A stretch of 64,000 bases of DNA from Candidatus Binatia bacterium. Lineage in GTDB: Bacteria > Desulfobacterota > Binatia > Bin18. The position numbers and the translations under genes are program-made. Below, one piece after another: positions 1-9,268 of this stretch. The notes below the pieces were generated by a model, which saw only the letters and a list, made by a program, of their open reading frames with translations, was not told the origin of the DNA and made no database searches. The stretch covers positions 695,375 to 759,374 of the forward strand of contig CAXXHG010000043.1 of the NCBI GenBank assembly GCA_963666315.2, written 5' to 3'. The stretch's first letter is position 1; each line of letters opens with the position of its first letter.

Positions 1-935
1 TTGCCTTTAATGCGGCTGCTATTCTGACTTTCTTTGTGATGATTGTCTTTAGTGATCGTGCCTTTGGTTGGCAGACGACTATTGAATTTGCGAGTGATAC
101 GCGTGTGTATCAGCTGTGTCGAACATTAGCCTTGCCTTGGAGCGGGTTTCTCGGCGAAGGCCTAGGCTTCCCCGATCCGCAGCAGATCGCGGTTAGCCGT
201 ATCATCTTGCATCAACCTATTACAGACCTGTCTGCCGGAGCGCTGCATGCCTGGTGGCCGTTTCTTATGATGGCCACAGTCGTATATGGATTGCTCCCCA
301 GAGTGCTGCTCGCCGTGTGGATACACACAAAAGTGAGAACTGTCTCCCGTACACTTATTTTCAATGAGTATGAAAGTGATAAGCTCTGCCGTCGGCTTAT
401 TACGCCGGTATTTATGGAGACTCCTCAGGAGCAAAACGAGCAACAAGAAGAAGTCGTGCCAACTCCGGTCCAATACCAAGACGTACAAGCGGTGATCCAA
501 AAACCGTCCAATCAGGGCCAGGGAGAAAGTCTTATTCTCCTTTCCGTTGATCTTGAGGATGAGTTGAATACCCAATCACTGAGCGAAGCATTGACGCAGC
601 GTTTCGGCAGCGTGGTGCAGGAATGCCTCATATTTGGTCGCAGTGGCGCGGACGATCTACTGACGGAAGAGGTCATTCGCAGCAAAAAAATCGCTTACCT
701 CTTCTTGATTGATCAGGACTGGAATAGCCCCATCCCTGAGGATCTGGACAGAATGCAAAAATTTATCTCTGCCGCTGGGGATCAATCCTTACTCGCCGTT
801 CTTCTGACCGGTACCCCGACGGACGGTTCTCCGACTGCCGTTGACCCGGAGAATATGCAGATTTGGAAACAGCAAATTGCCACACTTCGCCAGCCTCGGA
901 TTGGGGTCCAAGCGGTCCCAGCCCTGGTTGAGTAA
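1..935 (+). CDS. DUF2868-like membrane protein (5' end outside window)
   Basis: Open frame from the window edge; 'FGWQTT' and 'WWPFLMMATVVYGLLPR' segments typical of DUF2868; directly upstream of a DUF3482-type GTPase. Confidence 0.7.
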   Translation, partial: AFNAAAILTFFVMIVFSDRAFGWQTTIEFASDTRVYQLCRTLALPWSGFLGEGLGFPDPQQIAVSRIILHQPITDLSAGALHAWWPFLMMATVVYGLLPRVLLAVWIHTKVRTVSRTLIFNEYESDKLCRRLITPVFMETPQEQNEQQEEVVPTPVQYQDVQAVIQKPSNQGQGESLILLSVDLEDELNTQSLSEALTQRFGSVVQECLIFGRSGADDLLTEEVIRSKKIAYLFLIDQDWNSPIPEDLDRMQKFISAAGDQSLLAVLLTGTPTDGSPTAVDPENMQIWKQQIATLRQPRIGVQAVPALVE

Positions 936-950
936 ACCACGTGGAAAGAC

Positions 951-2402
951 GTGAGTATGTCGGATCTCCCGGTTTTCGCCTTTATCGGTCATCCCAATGT
1001 TGGGAAAACGTCTGTCCTTGCAACCCTTGCCGAATGCGATAGCGCGGAAATCGATCGAACCCCAGGGACCACAAAGATCACCATTCCGTATCCGCTCAAA
1101 TTTGACGAGGAAAGATATATCCAACTGGTTGATACCCCTGGATTCGAACACCATCAGTATATGCTGGAGTGGTTTGAGCAGCACTATAATCAACACGACA
1201 ATCCGGCTCAGGCTTTTATTAATGAACACCGGGAGAAGCGAAAATATCGCCAGGACTGCAAGATCATACACGTCATCGCTGAGGGCGCTATTGTTCTGTA
1301 TGTGGTTGATGATTCCAACCCTGTCCGTCAGGCGGATAAAAATGAAATGCGTATTATCGGTCTGACCGGCTCTTCACGCATGGCCGTGGTCAATGCCCAT
1401 AAGGAAAACAGCCTTACACGAGAGAAATGGCGCCGAGAACTGAAGCCCAATTTCTCGATTGTCCGGGAATTTAATGCGTATAATGCCTGGCATCCTGAGC
1501 GGCAGGCTCTGCTCAGAGCCCTGCGTGAGGTTGACGACCGTTTCAGGGAGCGCATTGACTACTGCCTGACTGCACTTCAGGCTGACTGGCATAATCGGCT
1601 TACCGCTTCTGCCGAGACGATGACCGAGCTGTTGAGAGATATCCTGCAGTATCAGCTATCTGAGAGTATCTCAGGACTCTCAGCTGAGGAGATTGAGAAA
1701 AAAAGGCATCAACTCGAAGAGCAATACAAAAAGACGGTTCGCCACCGACTCTCCGTGGCAGAGGAGAAAATCCGTAAGCTCTATAAACACACCAAGTGGC
1801 AGAAAAAGCTCGCGGAGCACCCCGTCCGCTCGACAGACCTTTTCGCCGACGAAACAGTTCGCGCACTGGGTATGACTCCTCGGCAACTGGCTGTCGCAAC
1901 GGCTCTGGTCGGCGCTAGTCTCGGAGGCTCCATTGATGCTGCTGTTGGTGGTACCTCTTTTCTGATCGGCACTCTAATGGGAGGCACTGCCGGTGCCCTT
2001 GTCGGCTATTTCTCGACACCGACCCTCATGGAAGTACAGGTCCCCGGCCTTCTGTCCTGGGCGCTGCCGTCCTCAGACAAAAGAATTCAGGTTCAGGCGA
2101 TTGATAACCCGAATTTCATTGCCGTCATCCTTGACTGGATGCTCCTATACTGTCACGAAGCCATGCGCTGGTCACATGCCCGAGAACAGACTGCTGACAC
2201 TGACGGCGGTGCGGCGGGTTTTATCCATCAACTGAGCAAACACGACCTCGCCGTTTCAGCAGCGTTCATCGCGTGGGTGAAAAAGGGCAAGACGAGTAGA
2301 TCCTTCCCAAACCCGATGAAGAATATGAAAGACCTGATCGGCGATCTGCTTGAAAGGATCGCCGACGGTAAACTGCTGCCCAAAGCCAAGGCGGCGCGGT
2401 AG
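951..2402 (+). CDS. GTPase / DUF3482 domain protein
   Basis: G1 GHPNVGKTS, G2 TPGTT, G3 DTPG; C-terminal Gly/Ala-rich hydrophobic hairpin (GASLGGSIDAAVGGTSFLIG). Confidence 0.85.
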   Translation: MSMSDLPVFAFIGHPNVGKTSVLATLAECDSAEIDRTPGTTKITIPYPLKFDEERYIQLVDTPGFEHHQYMLEWFEQHYNQHDNPAQAFINEHREKRKYRQDCKIIHVIAEGAIVLYVVDDSNPVRQADKNEMRIIGLTGSSRMAVVNAHKENSLTREKWRRELKPNFSIVREFNAYNAWHPERQALLRALREVDDRFRERIDYCLTALQADWHNRLTASAETMTELLRDILQYQLSESISGLSAEEIEKKRHQLEEQYKKTVRHRLSVAEEKIRKLYKHTKWQKKLAEHPVRSTDLFADETVRALGMTPRQLAVATALVGASLGGSIDAAVGGTSFLIGTLMGGTAGALVGYFSTPTLMEVQVPGLLSWALPSSDKRIQVQAIDNPNFIAVILDWMLLYCHEAMRWSHAREQTADTDGGAAGFIHQLSKHDLAVSAAFIAWVKKGKTSRSFPNPMKNMKDLIGDLLERIADGKLLPKAKAAR

Positions 2403-2442
2403 CCGGTCAGGTGTAGGATGTTTCTGCGTATGAATCTGTACA

Positions 2443-2775
2443 ATGGAGGCGTTGTGCGTCTTTCACCTGTCTAGTCAGTCACCGAGACCAGCCGGCTCCG
2501 TTACACCTTTTGTCGAAGGTTTCGCTCAACCCAAGGGCCTTGTGTTACAGGACAAAGGCCTGCTCGTGCTCGATCACGGTACTAAAGAGCTGCATGCTGT
2601 AACGCTGGCGACGAATAAACAGCAGATTTTGGCGAGCCAGCTTCCTGTAGGAGAACCAGATGGGTTGAGCCGCTGTCCAATGGATTTTCTAGGCGGTATT
2701 GCCACAAGTATAGACGGCACGATTTATATTGCCGCAGACGCAGAAGGTAGTGTTCTCACGTTGCACCAGGTCTAG
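2443..2775 (+). pseudogene. C-terminal remnant of an SMP-30/NHL beta-propeller protein
   Basis: 'GFAQPKGL' and 'GGIATSIDGTIYIAADAEGSVLTL' are propeller-blade motifs; only about 110 aa with no convincing RBS. Confidence 0.5.
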
Positions 2776-2790
2776 CCGCAGAACTCAAAA

Positions 2791-2858
2791 GAAAACGGTT
2801 CGAGAAGGGGCCTCCGGTCCTGAGGACGTGACGGGCTGGGTCCTTTTTCTCCGTTCTC
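2791..2858 (+). terminator. Imperfect hairpin, possible terminator
   Basis: gagaaggggcc...ggtcctttttctc plus outer gaaaacgg/ccgttctc pairing downstream of a stop codon. Confidence 0.35.
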
Positions 2859-2930
2859 TATCCGCTTAAGTCCGATATTTCTTGACTGGCCTGATATTGT
2901 TGCATTATTTATCTCTCTCTATTTTTACAG

Positions 2931-2961
2931 AAATCTTATAAAAATCTTATATTTTTCTTAT
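2931..2961 (+). promoter_or_regulatory. AT-rich direct repeats, candidate upstream activator site
   Basis: AAATCTTATA at 2931 and 2942 and a partial TTCTTAT near 2955 (about 11-bp period), roughly 130-160 bp upstream of the sigma54 box. Confidence 0.4.
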
Positions 2962-3092
2962 GATTTTAGAGCCATCCCCAGCTTATAGTTATGGCCTCTG
3001 AGAGGACAGTCCGACATCACAGTTGAAGCGGAAACTCTCTCAAGCAAGCGTTATGTGTTTCAGCATGGAAAAGGAGAGAGGGCAGGCAAAAA

Positions 3093-3108
3093 TGGCATGC
3101 CCTTTGCT
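3093..3108 (+). promoter_or_regulatory. sigma54 (-24/-12) promoter
   Basis: TGGCAT-GCCCT-TTGCT matches TGGCAY-N5-TTGCW with exact GG-N10-GC spacing. Confidence 0.65.
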
Positions 3109-3239
3109 CTCCAATGTCCAACAAGTAACGGCAGACCTGCGCTGCTGGGCCAAGGTGACCTGTCGAGAGGCGGTCACTACCGTGGGGAACGCATCATATC
3201 TCGTCATTGATGCGCTCCCGATGGAAAGGGAAAGACTAC

Positions 3240-3578
3240 ATGAGAGGGCGACAAGCGAAATGGCTTAACCTGTCAAATGATGACCAGGAAGTATTGCAGC
3301 GCTTAGCATGGGACAAGAACAGTGTCCCACGCACGGCCCGTCGTGCATATGTATTGTTAGCAATGAGTGATCGGACGACGTGTGTTAAGAAGTTGGCGAA
3401 ACGTGTTGAGCTGACACGAAGCGCAGTATGGCGTCTATGCCGCGGCTTTAATGACCGCGGGCTCAATGCTCTCTTTGATGCGCCACGTCCCGGCCGTCCG
3501 AAATGTGCCCCAGCCATTCTTGTCGATGTAGAAGTTCCGGCAAGTAGCGAACAGCACGAGATGCGCAATATTTCATAA
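3240..3578 (+). CDS. Stand-alone helix-turn-helix protein homologous to the IS630 transposase N-terminus (no DDE domain)
   Basis: 'RRAYVLLAM...LAKRVELTRSAVWRLCRGF...GLNALFDAPRPGRPK' is the IS630 HTH signature; RBS AAAGGGA at 3225. Confidence 0.7.
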   Translation: MRGRQAKWLNLSNDDQEVLQRLAWDKNSVPRTARRAYVLLAMSDRTTCVKKLAKRVELTRSAVWRLCRGFNDRGLNALFDAPRPGRPKCAPAILVDVEVPASSEQHEMRNIS

Positions 3579-3632
3579 TCTGGGAGGAGAATGCGGATAA
3601 ACCGTTCCCGGGTGTTTGTGACAGACTTCTTA

Positions 3633-3765
3633 GAATCACTAACAAAACTGCCCCAGCCCCGCCCCTGGATTCCCGTTTCCACGGGAATGACAGTCCTTTT
3701 TGCGTCATACCTGCGAAAGCAGGAATCCAGGCCTACGGGACAAGGGTGAGTTTCGTTAGGTACTC
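3633..3765. mobile_element. MITE-like element (family A) with internal ATTCCC-N8-GGGAAT and GTCATACCTGC-N4-GCAGG hairpins
   Basis: 17-bp imperfect TIRs GAATCACTAACAAAACT / AGTTTCGTTAGGTACTC; TTA directly repeated at 3630-32 and 3766-68; homologous copies at 36546, 57410 and 17730. Confidence 0.75.
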
Positions 3766-3828
3766 TTAGCCAGATACATCTGTCAAGAGAAATTCATATT
3801 GGACCGGCGTGGGCCGCCCAATTTAAGG

Positions 3829-5196
3829 TCAGGGCGAAGCAAGTGGTCGTTGGTAGACTACCTGTCCATTCAAAATAACTGTTTGAATATGAGATGTATA
3901 TTCAAACGGGTCCCCATCGAATAGCACGAGATCTGCATCCTTTCCAGCCTCCAGTGAGCCTACGCGCGCGTCAATGCCGAGGATTTGAGCGGCATCGAGT
4001 GTAATCGCACGCAGGGCACGCTCAAAACCCAACCCGTTGACCATGGCAATCGCGGCCTCAAAAAGAACAATGCGGGTTTTCGGTACATAACTCTCGAAAC
4101 CCGACTGCAGGGCAATACGAATGCCTGCATCAGCTAAAATTGCGGCATTCTCCAAGGACGTATTCGACGTTTCCAGACTGCTGATACGCTGCATGCTGGG
4201 ATGGACAATTACCGGAACACCGGCCTGCTGGATTTCCGGCACGACCAGATAACCCTCAGTCGTCGCATCAAGGAGAAGGGTGAGGTTGAACTCTTTGGCA
4301 ATACGCAGTGCGGTGAGGATATCGTCCTCACGATGCACGGTAAATAATGCCGGAAGTTCGCCCCGGACGACTGCGGCTAAGGCTTCTTTTTTTAGGTCTC
4401 TGTCAGGCGCTTTATGGTCTTTATCTTCCGACGTATCATTGGCAGACGCTTCTTGCGCAGACGCTTCGTCGGCCGACGAAACATAATCTTGCCACTGCTT
4501 GGCATAGCTCTGCGCACCAAGCAGCGCTTGCCGAATCAGAGCAGCAGTACCCATGCGAGTCATAGGCGTTTGTTTACGTTCCCCATACGTTCTCTTTGGA
4601 ACTTCTCCGAGGGTAAAGATCATGGCCGAGGGAAAGCGAATCGTCATCGCTTCCACGGTCGATCCATGCGTTTTGAAGATTCCGGCCTGGCCGCCTATCG
4701 GATTGCTGCGGCCCGGTCCGGCTTGGATGACCGTGACCCCGTGCTGCAGGAGATAGGCAAGAAGAGGCTCTGAGGGATTGAAACCGTCAATTGCTCTGAG
4801 CTCGGCGTGGTTCGGCGCTGTGGTTTCGTCCTGGTCTTGATCTGCGAGTACGTTATACCATCCGGCGAGGCCAACCACAGAATGGGCATCAATAAAACCG
4901 GGTGTGATGGTGTCACTCGTCAACCGTTCATAGCCGTCTGGCACGGTAATATCAGCAGCCGACCCGATCTGCGTAATCTTGCCGTTCTCTATCAGAACCA
5001 CGCCGTCCTGAATCCTTCCTGAGGACGAGACCGTATGAAGCGTGGTCGCGGATATTGCAAGCTGCTGTGCCCAAGCGAGCGGACAGGAGAAACCGAGCAG
5101 GAAGAGGCTAACGACCGAGAAAGAGTGGATGCGCAGCGCTCCAATGCGCCCCCAGTGATGCACAGCGGACTGTTGCTTTCGTACGATTTTCTTCAT
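3829..5196 (-). CDS. Secreted amidohydrolase-fold protein (COG1228-like), metal ligands degenerate
   Basis: Signal peptide ending AWA-QQ; TPGFIDAHS and GSLEAGKDADLV; lacks the second His, the Lys, two His and the Asp ligands. Confidence 0.85.
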   Translation of the reverse strand: MKKIVRKQQSAVHHWGRIGALRIHSFSVVSLFLLGFSCPLAWAQQLAISATTLHTVSSSGRIQDGVVLIENGKITQIGSAADITVPDGYERLTSDTITPGFIDAHSVVGLAGWYNVLADQDQDETTAPNHAELRAIDGFNPSEPLLAYLLQHGVTVIQAGPGRSNPIGGQAGIFKTHGSTVEAMTIRFPSAMIFTLGEVPKRTYGERKQTPMTRMGTAALIRQALLGAQSYAKQWQDYVSSADEASAQEASANDTSEDKDHKAPDRDLKKEALAAVVRGELPALFTVHREDDILTALRIAKEFNLTLLLDATTEGYLVVPEIQQAGVPVIVHPSMQRISSLETSNTSLENAAILADAGIRIALQSGFESYVPKTRIVLFEAAIAMVNGLGFERALRAITLDAAQILGIDARVGSLEAGKDADLVLFDGDPFEYTSHIQTVILNGQVVYQRPLASP

Positions 5197-6578
5197 TGCG
5201 TTTTCTGCCGAGCCGGATACCGATCGGCTACAGCAAAACCTCCAGTTGCATAGCGGATGTCTGATGGCCGGCTTCTATCAAAAACCTTTTCGCCTTCGAT
5301 ATAGGTTTCAAGGACATGGCTGTATACGCTGAACGGCGGGCCGGACAGGACAACCAGGTCAGCATCCTTTCCGACTTCGAGAGAACCAATGCGATCTTGG
5401 AGGTCGAGCATTTCTGCCGCGTGGATGGTTAACGCGCGCAGGGCCGCCGCCTCGCTCATGCCGGCCCTAATAGCCAGGGCGGCCATACGCAGGAAAAATC
5501 GCGAGTCAGTGATTGGGTCATCGGTGTGAAAGGCGACTTTCACCCCGGCTTTTTCAAGTACGGCTGCATTACGTAGCGTCATCTCGATGGCTTCGGGCTT
5601 GCCGCCCGGCGCGTCCAGAACAATGACCGAGCAGGGGATATTCCGGCGGGCAATCTCATCTGCCACTTTGTAGCCTTCACTCACATGCTGCAGAACCAGT
5701 GGAAATTGGAACTCCTCAGCCAACCGAATGGCGGTCATGATGTCGTCTGCCCGGTGGGTGTGGAAATGGACTGTACGTTTGCCTTGCAGAATCTCGATAA
5801 CCGGATCGAGGGCAATGTCGGGGTCAGGTGGTTTGGCCTTCTCGCCCTCTTCTTTTTTCTCTGCGTAAGCGTCCCATTTTTTCTGATGATTCTGCGCACG
5901 AATAAAGAGCTGGCGTTGCAGAGCTGCCACGGCCATACGGGTTGCAGGCGTTTGCTTACGTGAGGCATAGGCTCGTTTGGGATTCTCGCCATTGGCCATT
6001 TTCATCCCACCCTGAATCCCGTCCTTATGGATGAGCATGTCTTCAATCGTGCGGCCACGCAGCTTCACATAGGCGGTTTGACCTCCAACCGCATTGCCAC
6101 TGCCGGGCATGATATTCGCCGTAGTAATGCCGCCCGCCTGCGCCATGCGAATGCCGGGGTCAGACGGATAAATCGCATCCAACGCCCGCACAACGCTTTG
6201 GACCGGCCCGGTTGTCTCATTTCCATCTGCGTTAGCCGGAACGCGGGGATGCGGGTATACGCCCAGGTGGGAGTGGGTATCGACCAGACCCGGCAGGATG
6301 ACTTTTCCACTGACATCACGGACAACGGCGTCGTCGGGAACCGTTACCTCAGAAGATGGACCAACTGTAACGATCTTTCCGTCTTGAACGACGAGAATAC
6401 CGTTTGGCACAATGCCGTCTGTGACGGTGTAGAGGGTTGCGCCTTTGAGAACGAGTGCGGCCACCTGCTTCTCTTCGAGCACAGGCATTTGCGGCTCTTC
6501 GGATGCAGCGATCTCAGTAACGCCCCAAGGTATGAAGAGTATGGCGAAGATAAGACAACGGGCGAGAAAGTCTTTCAC
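5193..6578 (-). CDS. Secreted amidohydrolase (COG1228-like)
   Basis: Signal peptide; PGLVDTHSH, KMANGENP, HFHTH, QHVSE and HTDDP ligands intact. Confidence 0.9.
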   Translation of the reverse strand: MKDFLARCLIFAILFIPWGVTEIAASEEPQMPVLEEKQVAALVLKGATLYTVTDGIVPNGILVVQDGKIVTVGPSSEVTVPDDAVVRDVSGKVILPGLVDTHSHLGVYPHPRVPANADGNETTGPVQSVVRALDAIYPSDPGIRMAQAGGITTANIMPGSGNAVGGQTAYVKLRGRTIEDMLIHKDGIQGGMKMANGENPKRAYASRKQTPATRMAVAALQRQLFIRAQNHQKKWDAYAEKKEEGEKAKPPDPDIALDPVIEILQGKRTVHFHTHRADDIMTAIRLAEEFQFPLVLQHVSEGYKVADEIARRNIPCSVIVLDAPGGKPEAIEMTLRNAAVLEKAGVKVAFHTDDPITDSRFFLRMAALAIRAGMSEAAALRALTIHAAEMLDLQDRIGSLEVGKDADLVVLSGPPFSVYSHVLETYIEGEKVFDRSRPSDIRYATGGFAVADRYPARQKTQ

Positions 6579-6712
6579 AGTTCACTCCAGACCGTTTTCG
6601 ATGTTGATGAAGTTCACCTGTTTGACACAGCCGAGCGCGAAGCACTATACACTGGGAGCCAGGAGGGGAGAAAGGGCGGTTCCTATTTGGACTACTGAAA
6701 AGGAGGATAATA

Positions 6713-7567
6713 ATGTCAAGTTTAGATCATACGCATCACACGACTTTTGTGAATGACGTGCGTCTCCATTACGTCACCGCAGGACAAGGCGATCCGGTTG
6801 TTCTGCTCCACGGCTGGCCGGAGACGTGGTACCAGTGGCGCAAGATCATTCCTGCCTTAGCCGAGCGTTACACGGTCATTGCGCCCGACCTGCGCGGCTT
6901 GGGCGACTCGTCCAAGCCCAAGACCGGCTATGACAAGCGCACGCTGGCAGATGATGTGTATAAACTGGTCAGCAAGCTTGGCCATGAACGCATTTTCCTA
7001 GTCGGGCATGACTGGGGTGGGCCGACTGCCTATGCGTATGCCTGTGCGCATCCAGACGATGTCCGGCGGCTGGTCATTCTGGATGTTCCGATTCCAGGTG
7101 CCGGTTTGGAAAAAATTCCTCAGATGTCACCCAAAGGTGGTTTGTGGCATATCTCGTTTCACAGCGTACCCGATCTACCCGAAGTCCTCGTCGCTGGACG
7201 CGAGCGTGAATATTTGTCGTGGTTCTACCGGACGGCCTATAATCCCACGGCGATCACGGAAGAAGATATTGATGAATACGTGCGCTGCTATGCAGCTCCG
7301 GGCGGTATGCGCGCCGGGTTTGAGTACTACCGCGCCTTCTGGGATGATGTTGCTCACAACACCGAAAACGCCAAGACCAAGCTGACCATGCCCGTCCTTG
7401 CTTTAGGCGGAAAGTACAGCTTCGGCAAACAGACCCTGCGCTCTTTGCAAACGCTGGCTGAGAATGTACGTGGCGGAGAAATTGACCAGTGCGGGCATTG
7501 GGTGGCTGAGGAGCAGCCCGAATATCTAACTAAGCAGTTGCTCACGTTCTTTGGGGAAGAGGGATAA
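6713..7567 (+). CDS. Alpha/beta hydrolase, epoxide hydrolase type
   Basis: HGWPE, GHDWGG nucleophile motif, YYRA, CGHW; RBS AAGGAGG. Confidence 0.9.
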   Translation: MSSLDHTHHTTFVNDVRLHYVTAGQGDPVVLLHGWPETWYQWRKIIPALAERYTVIAPDLRGLGDSSKPKTGYDKRTLADDVYKLVSKLGHERIFLVGHDWGGPTAYAYACAHPDDVRRLVILDVPIPGAGLEKIPQMSPKGGLWHISFHSVPDLPEVLVAGREREYLSWFYRTAYNPTAITEEDIDEYVRCYAAPGGMRAGFEYYRAFWDDVAHNTENAKTKLTMPVLALGGKYSFGKQTLRSLQTLAENVRGGEIDQCGHWVAEEQPEYLTKQLLTFFGEEG

Positions 7568-7670
7568 ATAAAACAATGCCTAAAATCGAATGACTCTTCT
7601 CTTGTCAGTTGTATGCTCGTGACGTTTTCGATCATTGCTTACTATGCCGACGGGGTCGAAAGAAGCACTT

Positions 7671-8054
7671 TTAAGAGTTCGTCGGGAGTGTACTTCGGGA
7701 GAAATCACTGACGTTACGAGTAACGATTCCCCCTGCACCGGCATGGTGAGCTGCCTCGTAGAGAACCGCATCTTCGTAGTCAGTGAAATTGAGTGAAAGC
7801 GCATCTAATATGACGACGCCATTGACTGGCGCGACCTCAAATAATGCGAGGAGTGTTCGGAGATGCTTCCTCGCTTGTGTCTTACCAACAGCTTTTGTTG
7901 CCAGATAGTGGATAGTGGTAACTGTAGTCGCCCCTAAGAGTCCTTCGATAGCGTTCCGCTCAACATATACAAAGAGGCGAGAAGCCGTAGCGGCATGCGG
8001 CTTCCGATTCAGTAAGACATCGAGGACCACATTTGTATCAAAGAGAATTCTCAC
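7671..8054 (-). CDS. PIN-domain toxin (C-terminus frameshifted)
   Basis: MRILFDTNVVLD, DYEDAV, IVTRN; the usual 'TPDELL' tail lies in another frame ending at 7642. Confidence 0.85.
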   Translation of the reverse strand: MRILFDTNVVLDVLLNRKPHAATASRLFVYVERNAIEGLLGATTVTTIHYLATKAVGKTQARKHLRTLLALFEVAPVNGVVILDALSLNFTDYEDAVLYEAAHHAGAGGIVTRNVSDFSRSTLPTNS

Positions 8055-8293
8055 TAATACTTCTCTTCAATATGTCGATAGTAATCTTGTTTTGTGAGTG
8101 ATGTATCCTCCAGTGCCCCTAAGAGAGAACGAACTGCCGACGTGAGCTCTTCTTCCGCTCCCCCTGAAGGTGAGTCAAGAAGAGTGAAGAAGTCGGCCAC
8201 AAGACTGGAGACCGACTTTCCGGACCGATGGGCATACGCCTTCGCTTTTTGGATAAGCGCCTCGTCGAGCCGTAAAGTGAGCTTTGTTTGCAT
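8054..8293 (-). CDS. DUF6364-family antitoxin (RHH-like)
   Basis: MQTKLTLRLDEALIQKAKAYA...GKSVS; stop overlaps the PIN start. Confidence 0.85.
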   Translation of the reverse strand: MQTKLTLRLDEALIQKAKAYAHRSGKSVSSLVADFFTLLDSPSGGAEEELTSAVRSLLGALEDTSLTKQDYYRHIEEKY

Positions 8294-8401
8294 GGTATGC
8301 CTCTTCTATGCCGTATCATTTTACTCTTATCGTACGTCTCGAAAGCAATAAGAACAAGATTATTTTACTATCCAAGCTAAGCAAAAGAGCCTTTCGTGAA
8401 T

Positions 8402-9256
8402 CTACTTCCCCTCCAACCATTGATTAAACTTCGCTGGCCGGTTTTCCTGAAACGCTTGCATGCCTTCCATGGCATCCGGGTGATGGTCGGAGACCGCAGT
8501 CTTGGACGCGATTTCGTCCAGCGACTGGGCAAACGTCATTTCAGCCGCGTTGTAGATTGAGCGTTTGAGCATACGCATAGAAACCTGCGGGCCGTTAGCC
8601 AGCTCGCGCGCAAGGTCCAGCGTCCGGTCCATGAGTTCGCTGGCTGGCACGACTTCGTGCACCAAACCCAGCGCAAGGGCTTCCTGGGCGGTGACAATAC
8701 GTTTGCGCATAAGGAAGTCCATGGTTTTGCCAACGCCCATCAGCTGCGTCAAAAGAAACTGACCACCTTCGTCGGGCAGCAAGCCGAAACGCAGAGTCGC
8801 GCTGCCCATCCGGGCGTCTGCTGAGGCAATGCGAAAGTCGCAGGCAAGGGCAAGCGAGAAACCGGTTTGAATAGCAACACCGTTAATGGCCGCAATGGCA
8901 ATCTTGTCCAGATTGCGTACGGCTTGATTCAGGGGCTGCGAGAGATGCCGCAGGCCGTTGTAAGTCCCGGTCGGGTTGTGATGTCCGGCAGGGATATGCG
9001 GCACAAGTGCCTGCTCGGCATTCTTGCCTACTGGCCGGCCCGTAATATCGTCGCCCGCAGAGAAAGCCCGGCCTGAGCCGGTGAAAATGACAACGCGCAC
9101 AGTGTCATCCATCTGCACCTGAATCAGCGTCTCCACCAGGTCTCGTTTGAGATGATGCGTCATGCCGTTGAGACGTTCGGGTTGGTTAAAGGTGATGATG
9201 ACGATGCCGGGATCTTGGACGGTGACCTCAAAGCCCCGAAAGTTGCCTGTTTGCAT
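8402..9256 (-). CDS. Enoyl-CoA hydratase/isomerase family protein
   Basis: TGSGRAFSAGDD, IAAINGVA, LALACDFRIAS; RBS AAGGAGG. Confidence 0.9.
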   Translation of the reverse strand: MQTGNFRGFEVTVQDPGIVIITFNQPERLNGMTHHLKRDLVETLIQVQMDDTVRVVIFTGSGRAFSAGDDITGRPVGKNAEQALVPHIPAGHHNPTGTYNGLRHLSQPLNQAVRNLDKIAIAAINGVAIQTGFSLALACDFRIASADARMGSATLRFGLLPDEGGQFLLTQLMGVGKTMDFLMRKRIVTAQEALALGLVHEVVPASELMDRTLDLARELANGPQVSMRMLKRSIYNAAEMTFAQSLDEIASKTAVSDHHPDAMEGMQAFQENRPAKFNQWLEGK

Positions 9257-9268
9257 ATCGCGTCCTCC

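Noticed and set aside
2995-3230. Glycine or c-di-GMP-I riboswitch
   Set aside because: Only fragments resemble the consensus (GAAACTCTC; CCTGTCGAGAGGC). The conserved cores are absent, so it is kept only as an unassigned structured leader.
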